Source: Candidatus Eiseniibacteriota bacterium (GTDB taxonomy: Bacteria > Eisenbacteria > RBG-16-71-46 > CAVPCR01). From it: a stretch of DNA of 64,000 nucleotides. The notes under the pieces were generated by a model. The model did not search any database and had not been told where the DNA came from. It was given only the letters and a program-made list of their open reading frames with translations. Positions 20,996 to 32,610 of the stretch are shown piece by piece (within the stretch, counting starts at the first letter, position 1; each line of letters starts with the position of its first letter). The position numbers were made by a program, and so were the translations under genes. The stretch spans positions 544,001-608,000 of the forward strand of contig CAWGMA010000003.1 of assembly GCA_963823555.1 (NCBI GenBank), given 5' to 3'.

Positions 20996-21069
20996 GCTGG
21001 CGGTCGCCGATCCGGGCGGCCGGCGGAAGCGTATCGCCGTCCCAGGGGATGGCGAAGAAGGAGTAGGGA

Positions 21070-21690
21070 ATGGCGCAGCGACGCGGTGGACCTCCGCGCG
21101 AGCGCGATCGCAGCCGCGATCGCCGGACCGAGGGCGAAGCCCCGGAACTGGCGGAGCGCGTGATCAACGTGAACCGCGTGGCGAAGGTGGTGAAGGGCGG
21201 ACGCCGCTTCAGCTTCAACGCCATCGTGGCGGTGGGCAACCAGAACGGCAAGGTGGGTATCGGGCTCGGCAAGGCGAACGAGGTCGCGGAAGCGATCCGC
21301 AAGGCCTCGGAGGCCGCGCGCAAGGGGATGACCGAGATCCCGCGCCGCGGCACCACGATCCCGCACGCCATTCTTGGCCATCATGGCGCGGGTCGGGTGA
21401 TGCTCAAGCCGGCGGCGCCCGGTACCGGCATCATCGCCGGCAGTGTCGTGCGCGCCATTCTCGAGTCTGCAGGCATCACGGACATCCTGACCAAGTGCCT
21501 GGGCTCGACCAACCCCCACAATCTGGTGCAGGCCACGGTGAGGGCGTTGCACGGGTTGCGCGACGCGAGCGTGATCGCGGCGGAGCGCGGGACGACAGTA
21601 CGAGGTTTGTTCGGTCTCGAGGAACGAGCCGGGGCGGAGGCGGTCGTGGCCGCCGAGCCGGCCGGTGCGAACTCGGGCGGCCAGGTATAG
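21070..21690 (+). CDS. rpsE: 30S ribosomal protein S5
   Basis: [26 protein letters not shown]. Confidence 0.97.
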   Translation: MAQRRGGPPRERDRSRDRRTEGEAPELAERVINVNRVAKVVKGGRRFSFNAIVAVGNQNGKVGIGLGKANEVAEAIRKASEAARKGMTEIPRRGTTIPHAILGHHGAGRVMLKPAAPGTGIIAGSVVRAILESAGITDILTKCLGSTNPHNLVQATVRALHGLRDASVIAAERGTTVRGLFGLEERAGAEAVVAAEPAGANSGGQV

Positions 21691-21726
21691 GCCAGGTAGC
21701 AGGCCAGGTAGCAAAGAGGCAGCGGG

Positions 21727-21909
21727 ATGAAGCTCAAGATCACCCAGACCCGAAGCGCGATCCATCGTCGATTCGATCAGAAGCAGACGATTCGCGCCCT
21801 GGGCATCAAGCGTCTGAACGGCACGGTCGTGCACGACGACACCCCGCAGATCCGGGGCATGATCAACAAGGTGAGCCATCTCGTCCGAGTTGAGGAGGTC
21901 CAGTCATGA
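21727..21909 (+). CDS. rpmD: 50S ribosomal protein L30
   Basis: LKITQTRS...[15 protein letters not shown]. Confidence 0.95.
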   Translation: MKLKITQTRSAIHRRFDQKQTIRALGIKRLNGTVVHDDTPQIRGMINKVSHLVRVEEVQS

Positions 21910-22349
21910 AGCTCGGCGATCTGCAGCCGGCGCCTGGCGCCGTGCACCGCCGCAAGCGACTCGGCCGCGGCACCGGCTCGGGCAAGGGCGGCACCTGCGG
22001 GCGCGGCAACAAGGGCCAGAAGGCGCGCGCCGGCAAGAAGGTGCATCCCTATTTCGAGGGCGGTCAGCTACCGCATCACCGCCGCGTGCCGAAGGTCGGG
22101 TTCACGAATTTCAACCGGGTTCCCTATCAGGTGGTGAACCTGGGCGACCTGGCCGCGTTCCCGGCGGGAAGCAAGGTGACAGGCGCCGAACTCAAGGCCA
22201 AGGGTCTCGTCCGCAAGGCGGATGATCCGATCAAGCTCCTCGCCGACGGCGAGGTCAAGGTGGCTCTCACGGTCCATGTCGACGCCGCCAGCGCGGTGGC
22301 GAAGCAGAAGGTGGAGGCGGCTGGAGGCCGGGTCGCGGGCCGCGAGTAG
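21906..22349 (+). CDS. rplO: 50S ribosomal protein L15
   Basis: [11 protein letters not shown]...GNKGQKAR...FEGGQ. Confidence 0.97.
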   Translation: MKLGDLQPAPGAVHRRKRLGRGTGSGKGGTCGRGNKGQKARAGKKVHPYFEGGQLPHHRRVPKVGFTNFNRVPYQVVNLGDLAAFPAGSKVTGAELKAKGLVRKADDPIKLLADGEVKVALTVHVDAASAVAKQKVEAAGGRVAGRE

Positions 22350-22441
22350 CATGAGGAGGACGCGCCGGACGGCCGGTTGGGCCGGCCCCGGACGCAGTCG
22401 TTAAGGCTGGACGCTCAGCGTTCAGCGGAGAAGCGAATCAA

Positions 22442-23767
22442 ATGGCGTTGGTCGAGAGCTTCCAGAGCGTGTTCAGGATCCCAGAGCTGAAGAAGCGGAT
22501 CCTGTTCACGGCCGCGCTTCTCATCATCTATCGCCTCGGCAGCCACGTGCCGACGCCGGGGATCAACGGCGCGGCTCTCGCGTCGTTCTTCCAGGCTCAG
22601 GCCGGGACGCTGTTCGGTCTCTATGACCTCTTCGCGGGCGGGGCGCTGTCGAAGGCGACTATCTTCGCCCTCGGCATCATGCCGTACATCAATGCCTCGA
22701 TCATCCTGCAGCTCCTCGGTTCGGTGATCCCGTACCTCGAGAAGCTGCGCAAGGAGGGCGAGGAAGGGCGGAAGAAGATCACCCAGATCACGCGCTACTG
22801 CGACGGTCTTCTTCGCCGTGGTGCAGTCCTTCGGGTTCTGTCTGTTCCTCGAGGGGCTGCGCGGTGCGGACGGCGTGACGGCGGTGGTGCCCAACCCAGG
22901 AATGGGATTCCGCCTGCTCACCATGCTGACCCAGACCTCGGGCACCATCTTCGTGATGTGGCTCGGGGAGCAGATCACCGAGCGCGGGATCGGGAACGGC
23001 ATCTCGCTCCTCATCTTCATCAACATCGTGGCTCGATTCCCCAACGACGTGCTGAACACGGCGCGTCAGGTCATGAGCGGGCAGCTCAACATCTTCGCCG
23101 GAATCCTCCTCACCGTGTTCATGCTGTTCGTGATCGCAGCCGTCGTGGCCATGACCCAGGCGCAGCGGAAGATCCCGGTCCAGTACGCGAAGCGGATCAT
23201 CGGGCGGCGCATGGTCGGCTCGCTCGAGCATGCTCATCCCGCTCCGGGTCAACGCCGCCGGCGTGATCCCGATCATCTTCGCGCAGTCGATCATCGCCTT
23301 TCCGAGCACGCTGGCCAGTTTCTTCCGGGACAACGAGCTCATGGCGCAGGTGGCCAACATCTTCGCGCCTGCACCAGATCGTGTATGGCCTGCTCTACGC
23401 GGCGATCATCATCTTCTTCACCTACTTCTACACCGCCATCGTGCTCGATCCGGCCGAGCTGGCGGACAACATGAAGAAGCACGGCGGCTTCGTCCCCGGC
23501 ATCCGGCCGGGGAAGAAGACGGCCGAATACATCGACCGGGTTCTGACCCGGATCACCTTGCCGGGAGCGATCTTCCTGGCGGCGATCGCGGTTTTGCCCG
23601 ACATCTTGCTCTATCGCTTCAATGTGCCGTTCTACTTCGGCGGGACGAGCCTTCTGATCGTGGTGGGTGTGGCGCTCGATACCCTGCAGCAGATCGAATC
23701 GCACTTGCTCGTGCGCCACTACGACGGTTTCATGAAGCGAGGGAAGCTCAAGGCGCGGCGCTACTAG
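22442..23767 (+). CDS. secY: Preprotein translocase subunit SecY (split by apparent sequencing indels)
   Basis: [51 protein letters not shown] in successive frames. Confidence 0.96.
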
Positions 23768-23795
23768 TCGACGGGCGCGCGCCCGGCGCAGACTG

Positions 23796-24389
23796 ATGAA
23801 TCTGATCTTGTTCGGACCGCCTGGGAGCGGCAAGGGAACGCAGGCCAAGCGCATCGAGCGGGAATTCGGAATGGTGCATCTTTCAACCGGTGACATGCTC
23901 AGGCGGGCGGCGGCAGAGCGGACTCCGCTCGGCCTTGCCGCCAAGGAGCTGATGGACGCCGGGCGCCTGGTCCCGGACGCGGTCATGATCGACCTCGTGC
24001 GGGAGCGATTGTCTCGAGGAGTCGAGGCTGGGTTCGTCCTCGATGGCTTCCCGCGGACGATCGAACAGGCCAAGGGACTCGAGGCGATGCTGGCTGCCAA
24101 TGGCGCGCGCGTCGATTGCGTGCTCTCGGTGGTCGTCGCCAAGGAGGAAATCGAGCGCCGCTTGCTCAGTCGATCCGAGATCGAAGGACGGAGCGACGAC
24201 ACCAAGCGGGTGATCGAGAATCGGCTTGCGGTCTATGAGAGCCAGACCCGTCCGGTTGCCGCGTGGTACCGGGAGCGGTCGCTCTTGGTCGAGGTGGACG
24301 GAGGGCGGAGTATCGAGGAGGTCTGGGGAGATATCCGGGCCCTGATCGAGCGCGGTCGGAGCGGAGCGGCGACACCCGCCGCGCACTGA
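23796..24389 (+). CDS. adk: Adenylate kinase (short LID type)
   Basis: GPPGSGKGTQA, STGDMLR, LDGFPRT. Confidence 0.96.
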   Translation: MNLILFGPPGSGKGTQAKRIEREFGMVHLSTGDMLRRAAAERTPLGLAAKELMDAGRLVPDAVMIDLVRERLSRGVEAGFVLDGFPRTIEQAKGLEAMLAANGARVDCVLSVVVAKEEIERRLLSRSEIEGRSDDTKRVIENRLAVYESQTRPVAAWYRERSLLVEVDGGRSIEEVWGDIRALIERGRSGAATPAAH

Positions 24390-24441
24390 TTCGCGAGCGG
24401 ATGGCGCATCGGATCGGAACGGAGTTCGCTGGTTGGCACGA

Positions 24442-25209
24442 ATGGCCATGGGAAACATAGCAATCCGCTCGCCGCGGGAGATCGAGCTGATCCGCGCCTC
24501 GAGCCGGATCGTGGCCGAAGTGCTCGACCGGGCTCGCGAGTGGGTGGTCCCCGGGGTGACGACCAAGGAGCTCGATCGCCGTGCCGAGGAGCTGATCCGC
24601 GAGCGGCGCGGGGAGCCGTCGTTCCTGGGGTATATGGGATATCCGGCCTCGATCTGTGTCGCCATCAACGAGCAGGTCGTGCACGGGATCCCGGACGAGC
24701 GCGAGCTCGCCCCCGGAGACATCATCGGAATCGACGTTGGAGTGTTCAAGAACGGCTATCACGGCGACGCGGCGCGCACGTACGCGGTGGGCGAGGTGAG
24801 CCCCGAAGCGCGACGCTTGCTGGAGGCCGGCGAGGAGGCGTTGCAGCGGGCTGTCGATGCCGCTCGCGTCGGGAACTACGTCGGAGACATCGGCTGGTCC
24901 GTGCAATCGTACTGTGAGAGCGCCGGGTACTCGGTGGTTCGCGATCTGGTCGGGCACGGCATCGGCGAGCGGTTGCACGAGGAGCCGCAGGTTCCCAACT
25001 ATGGACGCCGCGGCACCGGGATGCCGCTCCAGGCCGGCATGGTGATCGCCATCGAACCGATGGTGAACGCCGGGGATTGGCGAGTCGTCACGCTGTCCGA
25101 TCAGTGGACGGTGGTGACGGCGGATCGAAAACTATCGGTCCATTTCGAGAACACGGTGGCCATCACCGAAAATGGCCCCGACATTCTCACCCGGATCGAT
25201 CTGAGCTAG
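24442..25209 (+). CDS. map: Type I methionine aminopeptidase
   Basis: VVHGIP, GHGIG, HEEPQV, IAIEPM, HFENT; start approximate. Confidence 0.96.
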   Translation: MAMGNIAIRSPREIELIRASSRIVAEVLDRAREWVVPGVTTKELDRRAEELIRERRGEPSFLGYMGYPASICVAINEQVVHGIPDERELAPGDIIGIDVGVFKNGYHGDAARTYAVGEVSPEARRLLEAGEEALQRAVDAARVGNYVGDIGWSVQSYCESAGYSVVRDLVGHGIGERLHEEPQVPNYGRRGTGMPLQAGMVIAIEPMVNAGDWRVVTLSDQWTVVTADRKLSVHFENTVAITENGPDILTRIDLS

Positions 25210-25268
25210 AGACTGGCGAGGGGAACGCCCGAAGCGGGCGGTCCTGAAGGCCGTTTTGCGGGAGGCTT

Positions 25269-25487
25269 GTGAGCAAGCAGGAAGGCGTCACGGTCGAGGG
25301 GACGGTTGTCGAGCCCCTGCCGAACGCGATGTTCAGAGTGGAGCTGGAGAACGGGCACAAGGTCCTGGCCCACATCTCCGGGAAGATGCGCCTGCATTTC
25401 ATCCGCATCTTGCCCGGGGACAAGGTAACGGTGGAGCTTTCGCCCTACGACCTGACGCGGGGGCGAATCGTCTACCGCTACAAGTAG
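25269..25487 (+). CDS. infA: Translation initiation factor IF-1
   Basis: [14 protein letters not shown]...[13 protein letters not shown]. Confidence 0.98.
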   Translation: MSKQEGVTVEGTVVEPLPNAMFRVELENGHKVLAHISGKMRLHFIRILPGDKVTVELSPYDLTRGRIVYRYK

Positions 25488-25583
25488 GGGGCCTTGAAGG
25501 CGGTTCTCGCTGCGACCGGAAGCCGGTCGGAACGCCGTGCGCCCGGGAACACCGGGTGTTAGCGGGAAAGGCTTGAGAGAGCC

Positions 25584-25700
25584 ATGAAGGTCAGAGCATC
25601 AGTCAAGAAGATCTGCGAGCACTGCAAGCTCGTGAAGCGGCAGGGAGTCTTGCGCGTGATCTGCAAGCGCAATCCCAATCACAAGCAGCGGCAGGGCTAG
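25584..25700 (+). CDS. rpmJ: 50S ribosomal protein L36 (38 aa; absent from the ORF track)
   Basis: Hand translation [38 protein letters not shown], between infA and rpsM. Confidence 0.96.
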   Translation: MKVRASVKKICEHCKLVKRQGVLRVICKRNPNHKQRQG

Positions 25701-25718
25701 TCAGGAAGGAGAAGCAAG

Positions 25719-26102
25719 TTGGCGCGCATCGCAGGCGTAGATCTGCCGGCTAACAAGCGGATCGAGATCGGCCTCACCTACCTCTTCGGGGTTGGGGTAT
25801 CCACCGCACGCAAGATCCTGGCCGAGACCGGAGTCAATCCCGATACTCGGGTCAAGGATCTGAACGAGGAAGATACCGCCAAGCTTCGCAGCGTGATCGA
25901 GAACAAGTACAAGGTCGAGGGGAGCCTGCGGACCGAGGTGGCGATGAACATCAAGCGCCTGATGGACGTCGGCTCCTACCGTGGCCTCAGGCACCGTCGC
26001 GGGTTGCCGGTGCGTGGCCAGCGCACGAAGACGAACGCCCGCACTCGCAAGGGGCCGAAGCGCAGCGCCGGCTCGGGTCGCCGGGTCCTCACCAAGACGT
26101 AA
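25719..26102 (+). CDS. rpsM: 30S ribosomal protein S13
   Basis: [26 protein letters not shown]. Confidence 0.98.
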   Translation: MARIAGVDLPANKRIEIGLTYLFGVGVSTARKILAETGVNPDTRVKDLNEEDTAKLRSVIENKYKVEGSLRTEVAMNIKRLMDVGSYRGLRHRRGLPVRGQRTKTNARTRKGPKRSAGSGRRVLTKT

Positions 26103-26113
26103 GGGAGTGAAGC

Positions 26114-26506
26114 GTGGCCAATCCGAAGCCAAAGACCAAGAAGAAGCGCGACAAGCGCGCCAGCGTCAATGGCGTCGCCCATGTTCAGGCGACGTTCAAC
26201 AATACGATCATCACCATCGCCGACGAGACGGGCGGTGTCGTGAGCTGGTCGAGCGCCGGCAAGGCGGGGTTCAAGGGCTCGAAGAAGTCGACGCCCTTCG
26301 CGGCTCAGGTGGCTGCTGACCAGTGTGCGCGCGAGGCGCTCGGACTCGGCATGAAGCGGGTCGAGGTCTGGGTCAAGGGACCGGGTGCGGGACGCGAGGC
26401 GGCCATCCGCTCGCTGCAGGCCGCAGGTCTCGAGGTCGCGGCCATTCGCGACGTGACCCCGATCCCCCACAACGGCTGCCGGCCGCCGAAGCGGCGGCGC
26501 GTATAA
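26114..26506 (+). CDS. rpsK: 30S ribosomal protein S11
   Basis: [32 protein letters not shown]. Confidence 0.98.
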   Translation: MANPKPKTKKKRDKRASVNGVAHVQATFNNTIITIADETGGVVSWSSAGKAGFKGSKKSTPFAAQVAADQCAREALGLGMKRVEVWVKGPGAGREAAIRSLQAAGLEVAAIRDVTPIPHNGCRPPKRRRV

Positions 26507-26610
26507 CGTCGAAATTGGAGCGAGGATAGCGCTAGCAATGGGTTTGGCCTCGCACGGGTGCGAGGCCTCACGAGAGCAAGGCCGGATCGCGGGATTCGGC
26601 GGAGGTCTGA

Positions 26611-27240
26611 ATGGGACGGTATACCGGAAGCGTCTGCCGGCTTTGCCGGCGTGAACGCATGAAGCTCTTCCTCAAGGGCTCCAAGTGCGACACCGACAAG
26701 TGCCCGATCGAGCGGCGTCCGTACCCGCCCGGCGAGCACGGCAAGGACCGACGGTCCAAGGAGTCGGACTACGGAGTGCAGCTGCGGGAGAAGCAGAAGG
26801 CAAAGCGGATCTACGGGTCACGGGAGCGCCAGTTCCGCAACTACTTTGCCGCTGCCGCCCGCCAGACCGGCGTGACGGGCGAGAGGTTGCTGGCGAAGCT
26901 CGAGCTGCGGTTCGACAGTGTCATCTATCGCCTCGGCTTCGCGCCCTCGCGCGCGTCCGCGCGCCAGCTCATCCGGCACCGCCACTTCACGATCAACGGT
27001 CATGTGGTGGACATCCCCTCGTGCCAGGTCGCGGTCGACGACGTGATCGGCGTGCGCGAGCGGGCGCGGAAGCTGAACCTCATCCAGGATGCCATCGAGA
27101 AGCGCGGGGCCCGGCCGATGCCGACCTGGCTCGAGCTCGATGCCGACGGCATGTCCGGTCGCGTGCGGATGTTGCCAGGACGAGAGGAGATCCAGATCCC
27201 GGTCCAGGAGCAGCTCATCGTCGAGCTCTACTCCAAGTAG
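26611..27240 (+). CDS. rpsD: 30S ribosomal protein S4
   Basis: CRLCRRE, PPGEHG, QLREKQK, LIVELYSK. Confidence 0.97.
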   Translation: MGRYTGSVCRLCRRERMKLFLKGSKCDTDKCPIERRPYPPGEHGKDRRSKESDYGVQLREKQKAKRIYGSRERQFRNYFAAAARQTGVTGERLLAKLELRFDSVIYRLGFAPSRASARQLIRHRHFTINGHVVDIPSCQVAVDDVIGVRERARKLNLIQDAIEKRGARPMPTWLELDADGMSGRVRMLPGREEIQIPVQEQLIVELYSK

Positions 27241-27262
27241 ACCAGACGGAGGCCAGAAGATA

Positions 27263-28273
27263 ATGAAGTGGAAGCCGCTCCAGATGCCAAAGCGCGTCGA
27301 GGTCGAGGAACGAACCATGACCGATCGCTTCGGGAGGTTCTTCATCGAGCCGCTCGAGCGCGGCTTTGGCATGACGATCGGCAACTCGCTGCGCCGCGTT
27401 CTCCTATCGTCTTTGCAGGGTGCTGCGGTAACAGCGGTTCGGATCGAAGGTGTGCTGCACGAGTTCACCACCATCAATGGCGTTTTCGAGGACACCACCC
27501 AGGTCATTCAGAACCTGAAGAAGGTCCGTTTCAAGTTCGATGCCGACGGACCCGTGAAGGGGCACTTCGAGAAGCGAGGCAAGGGCGAGCTGCGCGCCGG
27601 CGATCTCGAGGTCGACCCCTCGGTGACCGTTCTCAATCCGGAGCTCCACATCGCCACGCTCAACGAAGAGGCAGAGCTCCTCATCGATGTCGAGGTTTCG
27701 CCGGGGCGCGGCTACGTGGTGGCCGAGCAGCAGGCGAGCGTCGAGCGCCCGATCGGCGTGGTGGCGGTCGACTCGCAGTTCTCGCCCATCGAGAAGGTAA
27801 ACTTCACGGTCGAGAACACGCGTATCGCGCAGCGCACCGACTTCGACAAGCTGATTGTTGAGGTCTGGACCGACGGGTCCGTGGCGCCGATCGATGCCGT
27901 GGCGCATTCGGCCAAGATCCTGAAGGATCATTTCAGCCTCTTCATCAACTTCGAGGAAGAGGTCGAAGAGGTCGAGGAGGTCCGGGAGGACGAGGACACG
28001 AGTCGGGTTCGCGCTCTGCTCGAGAAGAGTGTCGAGGAGCTCGAGCTCTCGGTGCGTTCGTCGAACTGCCTGCGAGCAGCCGAGATCAAGACCCTCGGTC
28101 AGCTCGTGCAGAAGTCCGAGGCCGAGATGCTCAAGTACCGCAACTTCGGCCGCAAGTCGCTCCGTGAGATCGCCGACGTGCTTTCGGAGATGGGCCTTCA
28201 GTTCGGCATGGATGTGTCCCAGTATTTGGAACCCAAGAAGGAGGAGAAGCAGGAGCAGTATCTGGGGCTATAG
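27263..28273 (+). CDS. rpoA: DNA-directed RNA polymerase subunit alpha
   Basis: [40 protein letters not shown]. Confidence 0.98.
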   Translation: MKWKPLQMPKRVEVEERTMTDRFGRFFIEPLERGFGMTIGNSLRRVLLSSLQGAAVTAVRIEGVLHEFTTINGVFEDTTQVIQNLKKVRFKFDADGPVKGHFEKRGKGELRAGDLEVDPSVTVLNPELHIATLNEEAELLIDVEVSPGRGYVVAEQQASVERPIGVVAVDSQFSPIEKVNFTVENTRIAQRTDFDKLIVEVWTDGSVAPIDAVAHSAKILKDHFSLFINFEEEVEEVEEVREDEDTSRVRALLEKSVEELELSVRSSNCLRAAEIKTLGQLVQKSEAEMLKYRNFGRKSLREIADVLSEMGLQFGMDVSQYLEPKKEEKQEQYLGL

Positions 28274-28347
28274 GCTTCGGGTGAGCGCGGGCGAGAACTT
28301 GCCCGGCGCCCCCCTGCTCGGCTTCGTCGCAGAGGAAGGATCGGGCC

Positions 28348-28947
28348 ATGCGCCATAATCGCAAGGGACGGCAGCTCAGCCGGACCCACAGCCACCGGCG
28401 GGCGATGCTCCGCAATCTCGTGACCTCGCTCTTCGCGCACGAGCGGGTGACCACGACCTTGGCCAAGGCCAAGGAAGCACGGCCCGTGGCCGAGCGGCTG
28501 ATCACCAGGGCTCGGCGCGGCGACCTCGCCGCGCGCCGCTACGTGTCGTCCTATGTGATGAGCGAGACCGTGGCGAAGAAGCTCATGGACGACATCGCCC
28601 CGCGTTTCGCCACGCGCCCCGGCGGCTACACCCGCATCTACCGCATGGGCGTCCGACATGGAGATTCCGGGGAAGTCGGTATCATCGAGCTCGTCGATCG
28701 CAAGATCGTGAAGCCTTCCGGCGAGGACGGCAAGAAGGGCGCCAAGAAGGAGCTCAGCGCAGACGCCGCGGCCGAGAAGGACGCCAAGGACAAGGCGCGG
28801 GCCGAGAAGAGGGCCCAGAAGAAGGCTGGCGTCCCGATGCGCGAGGACCGCGGTCCTGGTCGCCGGACCAGGGGTGCGATGCATACCAAGCACACGCAGG
28901 CCACTCGCAAGTCGGGCGGTAGCCAGAAGTCCTCGAAGGAAGGCTAG
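28348..28947 (+). CDS. rplQ: 50S ribosomal protein L17 with basic C-terminal extension
   Basis: MRH...HRRAMLRN...RPGGYTRI. Confidence 0.96.
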   Translation: MRHNRKGRQLSRTHSHRRAMLRNLVTSLFAHERVTTTLAKAKEARPVAERLITRARRGDLAARRYVSSYVMSETVAKKLMDDIAPRFATRPGGYTRIYRMGVRHGDSGEVGIIELVDRKIVKPSGEDGKKGAKKELSADAAAEKDAKDKARAEKRAQKKAGVPMREDRGPGRRTRGAMHTKHTQATRKSGGSQKSSKEG

Positions 28948-29011
28948 TCCGCGAGGAGGTGCTGTCCCAATCGGGCAGCGGACCATCGCGGAGGTCTCCC
29001 ATCTCGGGCCA

Positions 29012-30406
29012 ATGAGCACACCGGCAAGGGCAACGAAGAGGGCGGTTCCCCCAGGGATCCGCCCTCGTTCCATTCTCCTCCTGGTTCTCTTGAGCCTCCT
29101 GGTCGGGGTAGCCCTCGTCGGCTGCAGCGCCAAGACGCCCAACAGCGGCGGGATCACCGCCGAGTTGCCGGAGGCCGGCGCGGGGGGGGGCGCGGCGCCC
29201 GCTGAGGCGGAGGCATCCACCGAGCCCGAGGAGCCCCGGGGATCAGCGGAGTCCGGTGGGATGGCGTCTGGTGGGACCGTGGATCCAGCGGTTCCCGCGG
29301 CCCGGGCGCCGGTCTACGACTCCCCGCGCGCGCTCTGGATCGTGCGCCACGATCTCGCCGATCGGAAGCGCCTGACCGATGCCATCGAGTGGGCGGCGGA
29401 GGCGGGCTTCACCGATCTCCTGGTGCAGGTGATGGGCCGGGGGGACGCCTACTACCACTCAGCCTTCGTCCCGCGTGCCGAAGAGCTCACCGATCTGGCG
29501 CGGGACCCGCTCGCCGAGGCCGTCGCCCTGGCGCGAGCGCGAGGACTGCGTCTCCATGTCTGGATCAACGTCGCGCTCGTGTGGTCGAGTCCCAAGCCGC
29601 CGCGCGCGGCGACCCATGTCGCCAACGCACACCGCGACTGGTTCGTGTGGATCACCACCAAGGGCAAGGCCCCGCGAAACTCGCTCGATTTGAAGAAGCG
29701 TGAGCTCAATGCCCTCGAGCTCGAGGGGCATTTCCTGAACCTCGGCCATCCCGAGGTCGGCGTGTATCTGGAGGACGTGGTGCGCGAGATCCTGAGGCAG
29801 TACGCGGTCGACGGCATCCACTTCGATTACGCCCGGTTGCCGCGCTCGGTGAAGAGCCTGGATCCGCTGAGCCGCGCCGAGTTCAAGGCGCAGCACGGAG
29901 TGGATCCGGTGCGTCTCGGGGCGCCGCGCGCTGCCGGAGATACGCTGGCCGCAGCCTGGTATCGCTTCCACGAGGAGCGCGTGACGCGCCTCATGGAGCA
30001 TCTCGCCGCCGCGGCCCGCGAGACCCTCCCGGGGATCCTGGTCTCGGCCGCCGTCTATCCCGATCCGGTCCTGGCGCGGCGCGAGCGCGGTCAGGCCTGG
30101 GATCGCTGGCTCGACGAAGGGACGATCGACGTTGCCGCCCCCATGTGCTACGCGGCGGACACCCGGATCGCGCGCTCCGATCTTCGAGTTGCGCGCGCCG
30201 CCACGAGCGGTCGTCTGTGGGCGGGTCTCGGTCTCTACAACAAACCGCTCGACGAGGCGCTCGCGGGGACGGCGCTCGCCCGGGAACTGGGCTACGAAGG
30301 CGTGGCGCTCTTCTCGCACACCGCGGCTCGGGAGCAGGGGCCGCGCGCCGGCACTGCCATCGCCACGGCGCTCTCGGTCTTTGCCGGAGCAGGAGCTGGT
30401 CCGTGA
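29012..30406 (+). CDS. Glycoside hydrolase-like family 10 (DUF187-type) putative lipoprotein
   Basis: Lipobox LVGC; RALW, QVMGRGDAYY, DPLA, LHVW, VDGIHFDY, PMCY pattern typical of GHL10 TIM barrels. Confidence 0.8.
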   Translation: MSTPARATKRAVPPGIRPRSILLLVLLSLLVGVALVGCSAKTPNSGGITAELPEAGAGGGAAPAEAEASTEPEEPRGSAESGGMASGGTVDPAVPAARAPVYDSPRALWIVRHDLADRKRLTDAIEWAAEAGFTDLLVQVMGRGDAYYHSAFVPRAEELTDLARDPLAEAVALARARGLRLHVWINVALVWSSPKPPRAATHVANAHRDWFVWITTKGKAPRNSLDLKKRELNALELEGHFLNLGHPEVGVYLEDVVREILRQYAVDGIHFDYARLPRSVKSLDPLSRAEFKAQHGVDPVRLGAPRAAGDTLAAAWYRFHEERVTRLMEHLAAAARETLPGILVSAAVYPDPVLARRERGQAWDRWLDEGTIDVAAPMCYAADTRIARSDLRVARAATSGRLWAGLGLYNKPLDEALAGTALARELGYEGVALFSHTAAREQGPRAGTAIATALSVFAGAGAGP

Positions 30407-31905
30407 CCGCCCAGGCTATGCCTCTCGTTCTACTCACCGGAGCCTCCGGCTATGTCGGGGGGCGGCTGCTCCAGGTGCTCGAAGGAGCGGGATATCGCGT
30501 GCGCTGTCTGGCGCGCCGCCCGGAGAATCTCCGGGGTCGACTTGGCGGAACCGCCGAGGTCGTCCCGGGCGACGTTCTCGATCCGGACAGCCTCGGTCGG
30601 GCCATGGATGGAGTCGGGGTGGCCTACTACCTCGTCCATTCGATGGGGACAGCCGGCGATTTCGAGGAGGAAGACCGGAAGGCAGCGACCAATTTCGGCA
30701 CCGCGGCTCGCAAGATGGGGGTTCGGCGAATCATCTACCTCGGCGGTCTCGGCGAGTCGGACGCGGATCTGTCGCGGCATCTGCGGAGCCGGCAGGAGGT
30801 GGGGGAGATCCTCCGGCAGTCGGGCGTGCCGGAGGTCATCGAGCTCCGGGCCTCGATCGTGATCGGGTCGGGGAGCCTCTCCTTCGAGATGATCCGCGCG
30901 CTCGTCGAGCGCCTTCCGATCATGGTGACCCCGCGTTGGGTGTCGATGCCGGCGCAGCCGATCGCGATCGGTGATCTTCTCGAGTACCTGCTGCAATCGA
31001 TCACGGTGGAGGCGGGCGAGGGGAGCGGCATGGGGGCCCGCATCTTCGAGATCGGCGGCGCGGACCAGGTCTCCTACGGCGACATCATGCGCGAGTACGG
31101 GCGGCAGCGTGGCCTCGAGAGGATCATGATTCGGGTGCCGGTCCTGAGCCCAAGGCTCTCGAGCTACTGGCTCGGGCTCGTGACCCCGCTCTATGCCCGG
31201 ATCGGTCGCAAGCTCGTCGATAGCCTGCGCCATCCGACCGTGGTCCATGATGATTCGGCTCGCCATGCGTATCCAGCGATCCGACCCATGGGGATCCACG
31301 ACGCCATCGCGAGCGCGCTGCGCAACGAGGAGTCGGAGTTCGCACTCACGCGCTGGTCGGATGCGCTGTCCTCGAGCGGCCGTCTCCGCGATTGGGGCGG
31401 GGCCCGACTCGGCACGCGCATCGTCGAGTCGCATGTCGCCCGCGTGAGCGTGCCTCCGGCGACGGCGTTCGCGCCGATTCGCCGCATCGGCGGCCGCACC
31501 GGCTGGTACTACGCGAACTGGCTATGGAGCCTTCGCGGCTTCGCGGATCTGCTCCTCGGCGGTGTTGGGCGCCGCCGCGGGCGCCGAGATCCGGAGACGC
31601 TCCGCATCGGTGACACCGTCGACTGGTGGCGGGTCGAGGCCTATGAACCGGATCGTCGCCTGCGTCTGGTGGCCGAAATGAAGGTCCCCGGCCGCGCCTG
31701 GCTCGAGTATGAAGTGGAGGATGAGGGGGCAGGGCGTTCCACGATCAGGCAGACGGCCATCTTCGATCCGCTCGGTCTCATGGGACTCGTGTACTGGTAC
31801 TCGCTACACCCGGTGCACTGGTTCATCTTCCGCGGCATGCTCGAGCGGATCGCACGGCGAGCCGAGAAGGAGGTTCAGCCCGTGGACAGCCCGGGTCTCC
31901 TTTGA
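30403..31905 (+). CDS. NAD(P)-binding SDR-family oxidoreductase with C-terminal DUF2867 (YbjT-like)
   Basis: LTGASGYVG Rossmann motif, YYLVHSM; C-terminal IGGRTGWYY...EMKVPGRAWL...YWYSL. Confidence 0.85.
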   Translation: MTAQAMPLVLLTGASGYVGGRLLQVLEGAGYRVRCLARRPENLRGRLGGTAEVVPGDVLDPDSLGRAMDGVGVAYYLVHSMGTAGDFEEEDRKAATNFGTAARKMGVRRIIYLGGLGESDADLSRHLRSRQEVGEILRQSGVPEVIELRASIVIGSGSLSFEMIRALVERLPIMVTPRWVSMPAQPIAIGDLLEYLLQSITVEAGEGSGMGARIFEIGGADQVSYGDIMREYGRQRGLERIMIRVPVLSPRLSSYWLGLVTPLYARIGRKLVDSLRHPTVVHDDSARHAYPAIRPMGIHDAIASALRNEESEFALTRWSDALSSSGRLRDWGGARLGTRIVESHVARVSVPPATAFAPIRRIGGRTGWYYANWLWSLRGFADLLLGGVGRRRGRRDPETLRIGDTVDWWRVEAYEPDRRLRLVAEMKVPGRAWLEYEVEDEGAGRSTIRQTAIFDPLGLMGLVYWYSLHPVHWFIFRGMLERIARRAEKEVQPVDSPGLL

Positions 31906-31992
31906 TAGCATGCCCACGCCTGCGCTCCGAGCGCGGCTTTGGTTCCTGATGGCGTGCCCTGGCGATGGTTGAGAACGAGAAGAGGACTTGTC

Positions 31993-32541
31993 ATGATGAA
32001 CACGAAGCGCCTGATGATCGTATGTAGCATTCTGGTTCTTGCTCTTGCGTCGCCGGCGCACGCCAGCTGGTTGCTGGGAGTTTCGGCCGGCGGCCAGGCA
32101 GGTGTGAGCCACACCTACGGCGATATCGACGACAGCTCCTTCATCATCGGAGGCAACGTCCGGGTCGAAGTGCTCTCGATGCTCGCTGGTGAGTTCGCCA
32201 TCGACTATCGCAACGAGAGTCTTGACGCCGGCGACATCCGCACCATCCCGATGCAGGTCAGCGTGCTCTTCACGTTGCTGCCTTTCATCTATACGACCGC
32301 CGGGGGCGGTTGGTACGACATCAACGTCGACGGCGATCTCCGCGATCAGTTCGGCACCGAGAACCTCAGCAATCATGGCTGGCATCTGGGTGCCGGTATC
32401 GGCATTCCCGTGCCCGGACCCTGGACCGTGATCGCTGATGGACGCTTTGTCTTCCTGAACTACGACAAGAAGGCGCCGGGGATGAGCGATCGAGCTGACT
32501 ACTACCAGATCACCGGGGGATTGCAGTACAAGATCTTCTAG
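31993..32541 (+). CDS. Outer membrane beta-barrel protein
   Basis: Signal peptide (ASPAHA), alternating beta strands, terminal LQYKIF beta-signal. Confidence 0.8.
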   Translation: MMNTKRLMIVCSILVLALASPAHASWLLGVSAGGQAGVSHTYGDIDDSSFIIGGNVRVEVLSMLAGEFAIDYRNESLDAGDIRTIPMQVSVLFTLLPFIYTTAGGGWYDINVDGDLRDQFGTENLSNHGWHLGAGIGIPVPGPWTVIADGRFVFLNYDKKAPGMSDRADYYQITGGLQYKIF

Positions 32542-32610
32542 GCGAGAGGGGTCGGGGGTGGCCTTGGGCAGCAAGGCGTCCTCGGAGAGCCTGTCCTGAT
32601 CCTCGAAGCG

